64,000 bases of DNA, from the NCBI GenBank assembly GCA_030295235.1, contig AP026164.1, forward strand, positions 744,001-808,000, written 5' to 3'. The DNA comes from Fistulifera solaris. Lineage: Eukaryota. Position 1 is the stretch's first letter. Each line of letters begins with the position of its first letter. The notes below the pieces were generated by a model. That model saw nothing but the letters and a program-made list of their open reading frames with translations, was not told where the DNA came from and made no database searches. This document shows, in pieces, positions 45,594 to 58,044 of the stretch. The translations under genes and the position numbers were made by a program.

Positions 45594-45952
45594 ATATGAA
45601 CTTCATGCGCCGTACCTGGTACCTTTTTTGGAAGTTATGTTTCGTGTACGGATAAAGAAGAGACGAATGCTGGAGTCTCTCCGACTAGGGGTACCATCTT
45701 ACTATCCACGACTGTTCCAGGTCATGGAAGTGACATCATCATTTTGAGATTATTATTATTTTAGGCGAATGACCGCAAAATAATGACCTGCGTAATCTTG
45801 TGTGACTTTTAAACGCCTTTGTTGTGACCGTCTCATCCCGAAGACCCGCGGAACAAAATTGAACTCATTTATCGTGCTCGCTTAATCAGGTCAACAATAA
45901 TCAAATAATTTGCTTTCAAAGAAACAAGTCTTGACGACTTTTAGGTATAGAA

Positions 45953-46428
45953 ATGAGCGCGCCTGAAAAACCATATCGTTTCGAAGAGAACCACCGTCCT
46001 TGGTTTGTCTGGACTCTTATTCTTGCCCCTTGTTTGATGCCGATTGTTTGGTAAGTCGACTGCCGTACGCGCATGGTAATCCATATCTATTAAAAATCGT
46101 AGCTTAACATTCTTCTTGCTTTCATTGCTTAGGAACTATCATGTGCGATTATCTGATGATACTATTTCCTTTGGGTACTCTTGTGATTGCGGGCAACGCA
46201 CAATTGATTTGGCGAATGTGAAAACAGCTGAAGTTGTCGAACACATCAATGGATTGTGCGAATGGGGTGGATACGGTATTCGGTGGCAACTTCCTAGCAT
46301 GGAAGTCGGTTACATCGCGAGAAACGGACCTGGCGTGCGTTTGACTTTTTATGAATAATGGGAAAGAAAAGGCGGCAACTTTCAGCTGTTTTGACCCTGA
46401 GAAACTTGTGTCGATGCTAACTGGATAG
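45953..46428 (+). CDS. Small membrane-anchored hypothetical protein with WGGYGIR motif
   Basis: ATG 45953, hydrophobic N-terminal segment, intron 46051..46132 (GTAAGT..TAG), WGGYGIR..Y..NGPGVRLTF. Frameshift near 46355, then FSCFDPEKLVSMLTG*. Confidence 0.6.
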
Positions 46429-47163
46429 AATACGATACTTTGGTGATGAATTTTTTTATCTTCAGCAATGAATAAGAGCGTTGATTTCGGTCCTCGAAAA
46501 CACTTCTGGAACGCATACATTGACCTTTCTCTGCTCGAAAAATAAAACTTGAACTATCCAAACCTAGCTGTTCTGATTTTTCTACAAACGACAATGTCTG
46601 GGCTTCATAAATTCGTCATGTTACCTTTATATTTTGTAGTTTTCTTGAACCATCAGCTGGGAACAAAGTAACTATCACGAGCTTTCTTGTTGCATCGTAG
46701 AAAATCTAAAATTACGTGATGCCGTACGTGTAACACTCGATCAAGTCTGACTGCAAAGAATGCTTCCATCGATTAGTTTTACGGGAAACAATTGGTCTAT
46801 TGCAGAAGTGTGCAGCTCAACAAAAGGACGAAATATCCAAAAACAATTCACACTAGCGACTCATGACTCATTAGCTCACTCCAGTCTTGAAAAACGGTCG
46901 TCTTCACTTTGAACTATAGTGAGAAAATGATCATTAACTACAATCTGTGTTACTGGCTTAACGGTATCACCAAAGCCGACCAAACGTTTTGAAACGACGA
47001 CGAGATGTTTTGTGATGAAACAAAGTACCGGTACCAAATACGGAGTATAATTTGAGTTTTTGCGATGTATGCTTGATACTTGATACCAGTACTCATTATT
47101 TCGACATCAAAAGCGCTTTCCACAACCCAACAAACACAGCAGGAACAATTAAATTATTTTATT

Positions 47164-48642
47164 ATGTTACAGGTTGAGTTTCTTGTTGCGCTGATATCCT
47201 GTCTCCAATGCTCGATTGTGCAATCGTTCACTTTCACGGCTCCAGCAAATCAATGGACAGGAAGCTATAAGCTCTTTTCGTTGCATGCATCTGTCATTCC
47301 CATTGCAGAAGATGAGGGTATATCTGTAGGAAAAGAATATGCGGACGAAGTGATTTCGAGTTTGAAAGATATTTCAAATCTCCCAGAGGGGCTTCCAAAA
47401 GGATTTTATGTGGTGAAGCAGTATGATGTCCCGGAATCATCTTTAAAGGACTGGTCGGCAGTAGGGTTAAGTTCCGATGTTATTAAACGAGTCGAGCTAC
47501 AATCTCACAATATTAGCCTGTCAGCTGCTCTGGTATTGCTGGATGTAAATGAATATCCGTCGATATCTCGAGCGCGGAAGGCGTGTCGAAAAGGAAATAT
47601 TCTCATCCATCGAGGACCTCTTCGTGAAGACCCAGAAACAGGATTGGCGACTGTTTTTGATCCTAATAACTGTCTTATTGGTCGAGTGGGTGATCGCGTT
47701 TTTCCGGGAGATGTAGTTGCCAAACAAGTGCGCATGGGCAGCGGCTATTTCCCTATACTGAACTACAAGAAGCCTCCCTTTGAATTGCCCGTTGTCCTAC
47801 AAGACGACCACTTTGCCATTGTCAATAAGCCAGCTGGCGTAGTCGTGTACAATCAACACAAAGGGGGACATGGAGTCATGACGGTGCGAGCCATGTTACC
47901 GTTTGTTCTCGAGCCGCCCCGAGCGGGTACGGTGTTTGTCATGCGCCGGCCGGCCTCGGTACACCGCTTGGATAAACCGACGAGTGGACTTTTGTGCATT
48001 GCGAAGACCAAGCCGGCGATGGTTTCGCTTTCGCGTCAATTTCATGACAGAGTAGTCAAAAAGACCTACATGGCTATCGTTAATGGTATACCTCAAGAAG
48101 ACGATTGCTTGACAATTACCTCGAAGGAAGCATTTGATCTCGGTGTTGACGTGGATCCGACGAGTGATCAGCTTTGGCAACTGATTGATAGTCCTCTTGA
48201 AGAAAAGTCAGGGATAACTGTTTGGCGTGCAGTCCGTTACGTGAAGTCTTTACATGCGAATGATGGATATTTAACGTTAGTGGAACTGAAACCAAAAACT
48301 GGTCGGTATCATCAGCTACGGCGACATATGGCATGGGTTTGTCAGCGACCGCTAGTCGGTGATGCCGAATACGATGAAGGAACCGAATCCGCTATGCGAT
48401 TTCGGGAGAGAGGTCTTTTTCTTTGTTCTACGTCTGTCACTTTAGAGCATCCTTACTATAACTCCGCCGAAGGTCATCAAGATTGGAAAGCCTTAGATAA
48501 GAAAACCGTCGAGAAGATGTACGGAAATCTAGTTTTCGAGGAAAACGGCAAGGTTGCTGTTCGCGCTGTAGTGAACCTGCCCGAAAAGTTTGAAAAAATG
48601 ATGCAACGATCAGCAGAACGATGGGAAAAACTTGCTAATTGA
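47164..48642 (+). CDS. RluA-family RNA pseudouridine synthase, predicted plastid-targeted
   Basis: VNKPAG, VHRLDKPTSGLL, KKTYMAIV, KTGRYHQLRRHM, PLVGDAEY. S4-like SISRARKACRKG. Signal peptide ..SIVQS-F. Confidence 0.92.
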   Translation: MLQVEFLVALISCLQCSIVQSFTFTAPANQWTGSYKLFSLHASVIPIAEDEGISVGKEYADEVISSLKDISNLPEGLPKGFYVVKQYDVPESSLKDWSAVGLSSDVIKRVELQSHNISLSAALVLLDVNEYPSISRARKACRKGNILIHRGPLREDPETGLATVFDPNNCLIGRVGDRVFPGDVVAKQVRMGSGYFPILNYKKPPFELPVVLQDDHFAIVNKPAGVVVYNQHKGGHGVMTVRAMLPFVLEPPRAGTVFVMRRPASVHRLDKPTSGLLCIAKTKPAMVSLSRQFHDRVVKKTYMAIVNGIPQEDDCLTITSKEAFDLGVDVDPTSDQLWQLIDSPLEEKSGITVWRAVRYVKSLHANDGYLTLVELKPKTGRYHQLRRHMAWVCQRPLVGDAEYDEGTESAMRFRERGLFLCSTSVTLEHPYYNSAEGHQDWKALDKKTVEKMYGNLVFEENGKVAVRAVVNLPEKFEKMMQRSAERWEKLAN

Positions 48643-48673
48643 GACAAAGAGATTCTACAAACATCTATATGAG

Positions 48674-50053
48674 TCAGTATTTCGGAAAGGAGCTATCTAC
48701 TTGGTTGTGCCACGCCGTCAAACCGCCGGTTACATTGCGGATAGAGTATATTTTAAGGTTCGCCTCTTTGTGCTTCAGTAGCAACTTGGCGGCTTCCTTT
48801 GATGCGATTCCTCGCCTACAAATGCAGTAAACAACCTTTTCCCCACCAGATAGCTCTGCGATACGGTCTAGCTCGTTTTCAATATTTGCAAGTGGTATAT
48901 TGATGGCTCCTTCGAGCGAGCACATTGCGAATTGCTGCGTTACACGAACGTCCAACAATACATGTGGAATTCCTTTCTTACGGACCGTCTGATAATCGGA
49001 ACAACTAATGGAAACACCCGGAGGAGAAACCGAGTGTTCACAAAACTCTGACTCGTTTACCGGCCCAACTGGGCCACGCGATGCTTTCAAATCAACTTCA
49101 CTGTCTGCCATTGTCTTGATGGCCGCATTTGGTCCACATACAGGGCACGTGGTCGATTTTTTTGGTTTTTTCATGGTATGAAAGGAACACATTGAGGAAT
49201 TATACATAAGAAGACGGTCGTGCATGGTTGTACCAAATCCAGTCAAAACCTTGATTGTCTCCGTGGCCTGGAGTACCCCGATTAATCCTGGAACAGGACC
49301 CAGCACACCGGCATCGGAGCAGGACGCACAACCAGCTGAAGCAGCTGCTTTCGGATATAAACAGCGGTAACAACATCCGCCGTGATAGTTGTAAACCGTG
49401 AGCTGCCCTTCCGTCCCTACCGCACTTCCAGAAATAAGAGGTTTTCCGGCTATTACACAAGCATCATTGATAAGATACCGCGTCTTCGGATTGTCACTGG
49501 CATCTACAATGCAATCGTTTTGCTGGACCAAGTTTAGAGCGTTTTCATGGGTCAATTGGATATCCAGTGCGAGGCACCGGATTGTAGGATTAACTGCCAA
49601 AAGGGTTTGACGCGCCGAAACAGCCTTATTCATTCCGACTCGGTGTTCATTGTGGATGACTTGACGGTGCAAATTGGATGACTCGACGCTATCGAAATCT
49701 ATGATGGTAATTTTCCCAAGTCCTGCTGCGGCGAGATAAAGTAGAACTGTCGAACCTATACCGCCTGCACCAACGACTAGAACCGACGACGATAGAAGTT
49801 TTAATTGGCCTGAAACTCCAAAACCATCACTGAGCAGCAACTGCCGTGAATACCTTTCAATCTGGTCTTTTGTAAGACTATCAATTTGATCAATAGCCTT
49901 GTGATCGTCAAGGACGGATAGCTCGTCCTTCGTCACTTGCTTTAACTTGGCGTTCTCTTCTTCCAAAAAGCGAATTCTCTGTTGAAGACATTCCAGTTGC
50001 TGCTCATAAGTTGACGACGACGTCTCGGTGTTGGTGGGAGAATCAGTTGCCAT
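48674..50053 (-). CDS. MOCS3: Adenylyltransferase/sulfurtransferase MOCS3/Uba4 (MoeB domain + rhodanese)
   Basis: ERYSRQLLL, VGAGGIG, SNLHRQ, DASDNPKTRYLINDAC, CYRC, GVLGPVPG, CPVC, and rhodanese ICRRG. Confidence 0.95.
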   Translation of the reverse strand: MATDSPTNTETSSSTYEQQLECLQQRIRFLEEENAKLKQVTKDELSVLDDHKAIDQIDSLTKDQIERYSRQLLLSDGFGVSGQLKLLSSSVLVVGAGGIGSTVLLYLAAAGLGKITIIDFDSVESSNLHRQVIHNEHRVGMNKAVSARQTLLAVNPTIRCLALDIQLTHENALNLVQQNDCIVDASDNPKTRYLINDACVIAGKPLISGSAVGTEGQLTVYNYHGGCCYRCLYPKAAASAGCASCSDAGVLGPVPGLIGVLQATETIKVLTGFGTTMHDRLLMYNSSMCSFHTMKKPKKSTTCPVCGPNAAIKTMADSEVDLKASRGPVGPVNESEFCEHSVSPPGVSISCSDYQTVRKKGIPHVLLDVRVTQQFAMCSLEGAINIPLANIENELDRIAELSGGEKVVYCICRRGIASKEAAKLLLKHKEANLKIYSIRNVTGGLTAWHNQVDSSFPKY

Positions 50054-50766
50054 GGTAGAAATTCAAAACTCCTTTTCGGACTGGATGGATGACAATAGCA
50101 GCTTGAAGTATTTGCGATGAGATGTGCTTGTCCACACAGTGAACGCATGAATAATCTCAATGCCATTATTAGCTTACCAGGTAACGATGAACGCAATCAT
50201 CGAAAGTAATACGGAGTACTTGTACAGTAAGCAAAAAGATCGGCAATAATACCAGTACCATGCTGGTGGACCAATTGGAAATTATAAGTCGTGAGCGAAG
50301 CGAGCGACAGTCAGACGTCGAAAGAACTCGTTTTCGCGCTTTTTAATGTCATTTTCCATGATCCTTCTCCTATCGCCATTCGCCATTCGGCAGCAAAGAC
50401 CTGAACTTGCTTTCTCGCTATGAACCAAATGAATTTATTGATAGTGCTTTGCTGATATGCAACGAAAAATTGTTTCTTGACACCAAAAGCGTCGTTACTG
50501 TGTAGAGGTCGAGCTCCCCATAAATCGAGGAGAATCGCTGATTGGTGATTGGTGAAAAAATCGATGTCGACGGAACCTTATATAGACTGGTATGAGTCTT
50601 CCTTCAATCAAGCGAAGTAACTTGAGACGCTGTCCCGATATAAAATAATGTCAGTTCATTGTCCATGCAGACGTCTGGCGACAGGCGACTTTTGTTCAAA
50701 AATGTAGTTCGTTGTGTCGCAAATCATATTTTTTTTAGCTCAAGGCGATCGATATCTGCAATAAAA

Positions 50767-51197
50767 ACTTTTTGGAGCGGCAACGCTGCCTACAATAAGA
50801 TCGTTTCGTAGATTGTTTTGAACCATTTTTGTCGTTTCTGCAGTGAAAAAGGCTTGAAAAGCCTTGCGAAACGTTGTCTGCGTATTTACTATAGACAATG
50901 GTGTTGTCTGTTTTTCGCCACGACTGCACTTCAGTCATGAATATATACTTTTTGGAGCGACCATGCTGCCTACAATACAATCGTTTAGCAGATTTTTTTG
51001 AGACCATTTGTCGTTACTGCAGTGAAATAGGCGTTGGCAGCGCTTGCACTAACACGCCTTAATATTTTGTAGGTCGAAAAGCCTTGCGAGACGTTGTCTG
51101 CGTATTTACTATAGACAATGGTGTTGTCTGTTTTTCGCCACGACTGCACTTCAGTCATGAATATATATTTTTGGAGCGACCATGCTGCCTACAATAC
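50767..51197. repeat. Tandem direct repeat, ~180-220 bp unit, a little over two copies
   Basis: 50856..50978 matches 51076..51197 with one substitution and one indel. 50767..50853 is a more diverged copy of 50947..51032. The second unit carries a ~40 bp extra segment. Confidence 0.9.
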
Positions 51198-51813
51198 GTT
51201 TTTTTTTTCGTTTCGCAGATCAGTTCACCAGTATGTTCCACATTGGTCTTTATCCAATAAAGAGAAAAAAAATACCGGATACCCATACACATTACCGTCC
51301 AGACGTTGACACAACATGACGGGAGTATATCCGACGATTTTGCAACTACCAAAAGTTCCCTTTTGCATAATGCGCGTTCTCAAAAAATAAAACATAATAA
51401 TAATCTCCATTCAACTCACTCTCGGCCTTTCTACTACACGTCTATTTTGCACCAAATCAACATCTTACTCGGCCATCTACTGTAGTCATCATTGCGCAAT
51501 TGCGAGGGACGCAAACACAAGGGTCGTTCTGGATCCTGGCTCATGACTATATTTTCAGTCACGGCATCAACTTAACTCTAATACTTAGTAGACAGTTTGA
51601 AACGAAAAGGATCGCGGCCGAGGATTTTTTCGCCACTGTTGCTGGCGAGATGCGTTGATGCCAAAAGCTAACATCAAGTGCGGAGCGATCAATGTAATTC
51701 ATTCCATATTGCTTTCTCTTTGTACTGCTGCAGCGACTATTTTCGCAAAAATTCATTCTGTCGTTGAGATAAAGAAGTAAACTCAAACCGTAACTTTGCA
51801 AGCAACACTTCAA

Positions 51814-52784
51814 ATGGATTCCATAGTTCAATTTGCAACCTACTCTTTCCCGTACGCGGCAGAGTTCCAAGCCATCGGCATGGCTTTCCAAGGAGCGATG
51901 GCGGTTCGTAGCGGGCCGAACAAAAACGGTACGCTGCATTGGTTTCACGCCTTTGTGCTCTCCGTGATGGCAGCCTTTACTGGAGGTTGGTTAGGATTCA
52001 TCTGGATGGGAAAACCCAGTTCCATGTTATCCAACGATGTCAACTTTGCTTCTTGCATATTCGCATTTGTTGTGGTCAACTACACCCCCGGAGATATCGG
52101 TTACATGATATGCCGCACTTTGCCTGTTACACTGGTGATTACTTCCTCAGCTCAACTCTTTCGGGCTAGTGGAATTATGAAATTTGTCGCTGCGTGCTAC
52201 GATGCTTTCAAGGACAATCCGTCTCCTTATTACCCCATACCAGTCTTTGGTCCGATCTTGTATGGTACCTTGCTTGGTAACATGGCTGGATTTCTTATGA
52301 AAGGATTGGAAGGACATGTTTCTAAGGGAATGCCTTGGCCCGTGCAAAATGGTGAGTGGAGCGTATGTCAAACTCTAGAGGGTCTCTACTAGCGTGGCCT
52401 CACTGAGATCACGTCACTGCGTTCTTTTCGTCGTTAGGTCTATTTTGTGCCACATTTTATCATTTCTTCGTCCATGATTCGAGTGGCCCCGTGGGAACTT
52501 TTCTCCGCACATCGATACCAGCCCGTCAATTTGGATTGAAAGATGTTGAGTTTGCATCGTGCGTTGTAACGTACTTTATGCAACTTGTGGGAATTTTGCA
52601 GTTACCAGAATTCCTTGGTCCCAGTTGGAGTCCTTTTAATCTTTTCCATTGGAAAGGTTCTTCTTCTGGGGAAAGAAGAAGCGGAAGTGAGCACAAGAAA
52701 CAAACGGCGATAGACGAGGGTGATGCACCGACGAACGGCGGAAAATCTAAAAACCGAAACAAAAGAAGGCCAAGAATAAGATGA
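51814..52784 (+). CDS. TRIC/TMEM38-like trimeric intracellular cation channel membrane protein
   Basis: HWFHAFVLSVMAAFTGGWLGFIWMGKP..LSND and a second repeat GTLLGNMAG, with multiple TMs and a basic C-tail. Intron 52352..52437. Confidence 0.65.
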
Positions 52785-53053
52785 AGACGAACTGAGTTCA
52801 TGCACAAGAGACTATATAGAATCGAATGGCTAATAGGGCGGTTAACGAGTCCACTGTACGGTTTGTTTGTTGTCATGTGCTTTGTGCAATTCCGCTCTCT
52901 TCTATGTAGCTAGCTTTCTTTATAAAATGTAAAGGGGCCCATTTTTGCTGAAGTAATGGAGAGGTGAAATAAGAAAGAGGCAACAACGACAGACAATCGA
53001 CTAAGTTAGCAGACTTACCTGACAATTTTTGCTACCCATTTCATACATTGGAT

Positions 53054-56038
53054 TTATCTTCCACAATTAATTGATGCTAATTTTGTTACAATGTGCTTGG
53101 CAAATGTGAAGTTACGCTGAAAGCAGAAGAGAGTAAATTAGTTTGTTTGATCGAACGACATTCTAACAATGCCGTCCTGTCACTCACCAGATCGTCAGAA
53201 TGTGAAAGGAGTTCTTCGAGCAGCAATGTCTTTTCTTCGGATTCAGGTACAACATCTAAGGTGGTTTGAACAACATAGTTTGCGTAGGCATCGCGCACCA
53301 TAAGGATCGCAACGCTCTTTCCGACATCATTTGGTTCTGTTGCCGAATTCTCTTGAACAACCTATATTTCGAGAAAAGGAAAGTGTGAGCCAAAGTCCGT
53401 TCAGGAACAGGCAGCAACACCAAACGATGACTCTTTCTTACATGAAGCATTTCTCTAGCAATCGCACGTCGTTGCGACCCGTTACCGTGTTTTAAAAGTT
53501 TTTCAACCACGTTACTAGCAAACTTCTGACGTGACAATCCGAGAAGTCCTGTAGCTTGAACAATATTTAGAATCGAATCCCTATCGCTGTCGCGGCCAAA
53601 CTGAAGGACATGCTGAATGACATAATTGCCATACTGATCATCGAGAAGTTTCTGGTGATTCTTCCTAATCTCGTCGAGCACCATTTCTTTCCTTTGGTCG
53701 TCACAGTGTTCGAGAATTCGCTGTAGCACGCGGCAGCCATAAGGATGACATGACAGACTTGCAGTATTTACGAGCACATCGTTGACAATGAAATCAATCT
53801 GCTCACGAAGAAAGAAAGCGCGGTCTGGGTCCCCAGCAGCCTCCCACTTCTTAGCTCTCGAGTTCATGACTTCGATGCACTTTTGTATCACATGATTTCC
53901 GTTTTGATCATGGATGCAGCTAAGGACGTTGTGGTGGAACTCAAGCATGATATGAGGCAGGTCCTCTTCTTCCAGCGTCTCTAGGGACTTCTGCACAACA
54001 CGACACCCGTACATCTGAAGGGAAAGTTGCAACATTTCTCCTTCAAGCGTCTTCCGAATGTCAGCTTTCATTTCCGTTGTTCCAAAATCGAGAAGTTTTT
54101 GAACGACATAATTTCCGAATACATCATTGCGAAGTCTACGAATAGCTGGTAAGACTTCTTTCATCACTATCTGTTGCTCCACAGGATCACCTAGCTCCAG
54201 TCGCTGCTGAATAAACCTCGATCCATTTTGATCCTGGCAAAATTCAAGCACGTATCCTTCGATGCGACGAAGCGTCCAGTCACGACTCTTAGATGATCTA
54301 AATTCTTCGAGAATGGGGCTAGAGTAGGAATGACCGCCTGGCTTCGATGAATCTCCCCGACGCGATGGCTGACCACGTCTACCTCGGCCGCCTTTGTCCC
54401 CTCTTCCTTGACGCCCACCTCCGTAGTTATGATTGTTCTGATGCATACCATCAGTCCGAGATAGTGCAATGGGCGCGACAACTGATCCTGGCGCATTGAC
54501 AAATGCAACTGCGTGACCCAAGGGTTGACCAGGATCTCCTTGCCAATACGCCAGTTGATGTCCGTTCCCTTGAAGAGGAACGATAGAGACGTATTGATCC
54601 CCACGGGAGGTGAATGCGTTGGAAACTGGCTGTTGCGCTATGTGAGTTTGCGGTCCGCTGGAAGATTGGTATTGGATTGTAGTATAGCCATATGCTGGTT
54701 GAGTACCTGGAGCACTGACATACACTGTTTGTGCCGTCTGCAGTGCTTGGTGGTGCATTGGTAAGGTAGGGTCAATCCGTTGTTGCTGAGCATGATGACT
54801 GTACAGAGGGGGGTTTGGTCTTCCAAGATGATGTTGCGTGATAACTGGCTGTGTAGTTTGCTCGGTTTGTCCATAAAGTTGATGCTCCAAAACAACTGGA
54901 CGCTGACTAAGCTGCTGCTGGATGTTTGGGAAGTGTTGGTGCATCGCAGTTGTCTGAGCAGCGTCTTTCGAATGGTGCTGGTGATCTATGGGAGAGCGCT
55001 GATGTATAACATTGCCGATGGGCTGAGTGTGCAAGGAAGGAGAAGGAATTTGGCTAGTGCCAAGATTGCCTTCATTGAATCTATCGTAGTCATGTTCCGC
55101 ATTGGATTCTTCATCTGAGGCGAGACTTCCGCTAAACCGATGAGACGGAGAAGGTCGAGCAATAGCAGGAGAGCTTGAGAGTCTCTCAAACCCTTCTCTC
55201 CCTCCTACATATGGATGGGCGCCTCGTTGATTGTCTTCAGGAAAATCCTCCTGAATCAAATCCATCAGAGTCTTTGAAGCCGGGCGGAGGATTGAATCAT
55301 GTCTACCCGAAAGGACACCAGTAGAAGCTGGTCTTTGAAGACCTCGTCCAATTGTGCTGGGAGTGTTGTAGACATCAGATCCAGGGCTTCGTTGGCCGGA
55401 AGTAGCACCAAGTCCTGGAGGAGGACGAAACATCGATTGTCCATTCATCATGGAAGGCTGAGCCGATCTTGAGCGTGTCAAATTCGACCCAAGTCGGTTG
55501 AAGTCAAATGGGCTGTGCTCATCAAACTCTCCCGATCCATTCTGGACATCAGAATCGCTCCTACTATTGGCACTTAAAGGTCGCGACAGTCCGAAGCTTG
55601 AGGTCCTTGTCACTGCTGGAATTGTAGTTGAATCGTCGCCCGCGCCCAGCATAAAATCTACTGGCATAGCTTTTTGTGAATCATGAAGTCGAGATCCATT
55701 AGAAATCACTGGCGTTGCTGTCTGTGAGTGCGAATTGTCAAAATATCCTCGGCTCATATGCTCCAGTAAATCCTGTTGAAGTACGTATGATGTGAGATTT
55801 CATTTACATGAATGTAGATAGCGCATAATGATCAATCGCACACACTTACATTTCCAACCAACATATCACCAGTAAGGCTTTTATATTTTTCGCCGCCTGA
55901 AGACGAAGGGAGAGGAGCCGAGGTACATCGCTCTAGAAAATGTTGGCCCATCATCAAAGATGACTGTCCTCGAGAGTCTCTGGTCGCTGCACCGGCTTTA
56001 TCCGCATACGTGTCATGCGCATTCCAGCCTTGCTCCAT
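53054..56038 (-). CDS. Pumilio/PUF-family RNA-binding protein
   Basis: PUF repeats DQNGSRFIQ, DVFGNYVVQK, QMYGCRVVQK, DQNGNHVIQK, HPYGCRVLQR, DQYGNYVIQH, QKFASNVVEK, DAYANYVVQ. Introns 55773..55849, 53362..53441, 53117..53187. Confidence 0.93.
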
Positions 56039-57079
56039 ATTGATGCTGTTCAAAAGCATCAGTGGTTAGAGCTGAAATGGAACAAGGAAATCAATGGAAT
56101 GCGTAATATTGCAGTTTCGCATCGACTGTTTCTGGCTCTCTCAGCTCTTCGGTCCAGCAAAAGGTCGGGAAGTGGCTGTGGGTTGTGGGTCCATCGATGA
56201 TCTGTTTCACTTCACTTCATCCTTCATCCCAGGTTACATACCTTTACACTCGGATTTCTGTCCTCGAATTCGGATTTATTGCGGAATACTATATAGTCGA
56301 GTACCGCGCGTAACGCGTTCTCTGTTCTGTCGAACATTGTTTACTCACGGTAGCTACTTTTGCAATTATACAACGAAATCATCTTTGATTGACATGCTCT
56401 TTCCCTTAACAACAAAACACATTTTTTGGTGAGGAACAACCAAAGAACATGTCTTTTAAATCAATCGAAGCGTGAAAATTGTAAGTTGAAGTAGATAAAT
56501 AATCAAAAACAAAAGATTTTATGCTCTTTCCACGTATCATTATAGATTTATGAAGCCATTATTTCGCACTTTCTTGATATCTGGCACCGACTAAAATTGA
56601 AATTTCCGATATCCCTTTCGTAGATTTCCCGATAGTGGAAAGTACCGTAGGTATGAGTGTGTTTGTTTTTTTTGAAACTGTCGGCGTCGGCATTCAGCAT
56701 TTCTCCGAAAAGTTTAGTTTCTGACGTCATACACGTCACACAACATACGAATTTACAATTTACTTGTACAAGTCCAAGGCTCACGGCAACTGCATCCAAC
56801 GGCCCATAACCTTCAAAACTCATAACCTTACTATACACACCACATATGACACACGCATTTGCTTTTTGTCTCATCATTATTCTTAGTTGGTCATTACAAC
56901 CTTTTGTATTCAAAAGGATAAGAGCCAGAAACTTTGGGATAATACATATCGCTTCAAAATCGTTGTGTTTCCCTCCAGGAGCAACGAGGCGCAATCTTTT
57001 TAAAGGACGAAATGAATTTTGCTGCTCACAACACCTGCTATTGACAAGGACGGAATGACACTGTGACGTAGCACCAAAG

Positions 57080-57948
57080 ATGAAAGCTCAACTTTATTAT
57101 ATCTCAATAATTTTCTCTTCGTGTTCATTGGTGGCATCCTGGATTATACAATCCAAACAAGCAAGGGGATTTACTGAAGCTATGGCAGTGTCGCAACAGC
57201 AGCTTGGTCAGTTCGAGTCTCTAGAAATTCACTCAACAGAGGACCGCATCGTTTTCTTAGACGACTTCAGCCACCAGCCTCCGATTGAATTCCAAAAGCA
57301 TGGGATCTGCAACAAGAATACCTGCAAGATCATTTGAGTGGCAATTGTACTGACAGACTAATATTTTTACAGCACGAGCCTGTTTACACACTCGGAACCT
57401 CATCGGATGAGAGTTTGATTCTCGACAATAGCGTCCGTGTTGTTCGCATCAACCGGGGAGGGGAAGTCACATGCCACTGTCCTGGCCAGCTCACCATTTA
57501 TCCTGTGATTGATTTACGGAGATACCGTCAAGACATTCACTGGTATGTTCGAGCGCTGGAGCAAGTAGTTTTGGAAGCACTAGAAATTTGTTTTGAGCAC
57601 CACGGACGCCGAGATAACGTCCGACCGCTACGGGACGACTCTTTCACTGGAGTATTTGTGCCGGGTTTTGGCAAGGTAGCCGCTGTTGGAGTGAACTGTC
57701 GCCGATGGATTACACAACATGGAGTGGCTGTTAATGTCGAAAAGGAATCGCTCGAATTCTTCTCTGGAATTGTGCCCTGTGGTTTAACAGGAGATCACGG
57801 CGTTGTTACTTGTGTGAATGATCTTGTGGACAAACCCGTGAGTGTTGCTCAGATGGCGTTATATGTAAAAGAAGCTTTCGAACTGGTTTTTCGTGTCCAG
57901 TTCAAAGATGAAAATAGAACGCTGAGCACTTCATCTTGGAAAGGTTGA
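57080..57948 (+). CDS. lipB: Octanoyltransferase (lipoate-protein ligase B), predicted plastid-targeted
   Basis: LQHEPVYTLG, RINRGGEVTCHCPGQL..YP, KVAAVGV, WITQHGVAVNV, IVPCG. Signal peptide ..SLVAS-W. Frameshift near 57295. Confidence 0.92.
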
Positions 57949-58044
57949 CCACCGTGATGAGGATACAACGCAATGTTTCGTTAATGTAAATGGTCGACTT
58001 AAAAATTTCACTTATTTTATCAAAGTTGTGCTTCATTGGCTAGT

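Noticed and set aside
50767..51197. CRISPR-like array
   Set aside because: Units are about 180-220 bp with no unique spacers, there are no cas genes, and the context is eukaryotic.
56100..57060. ORFs of 70-148 aa between Pumilio and LipB
   Set aside because: No recognisable domain and AT-rich intergenic character. Cannot be supported as genes.
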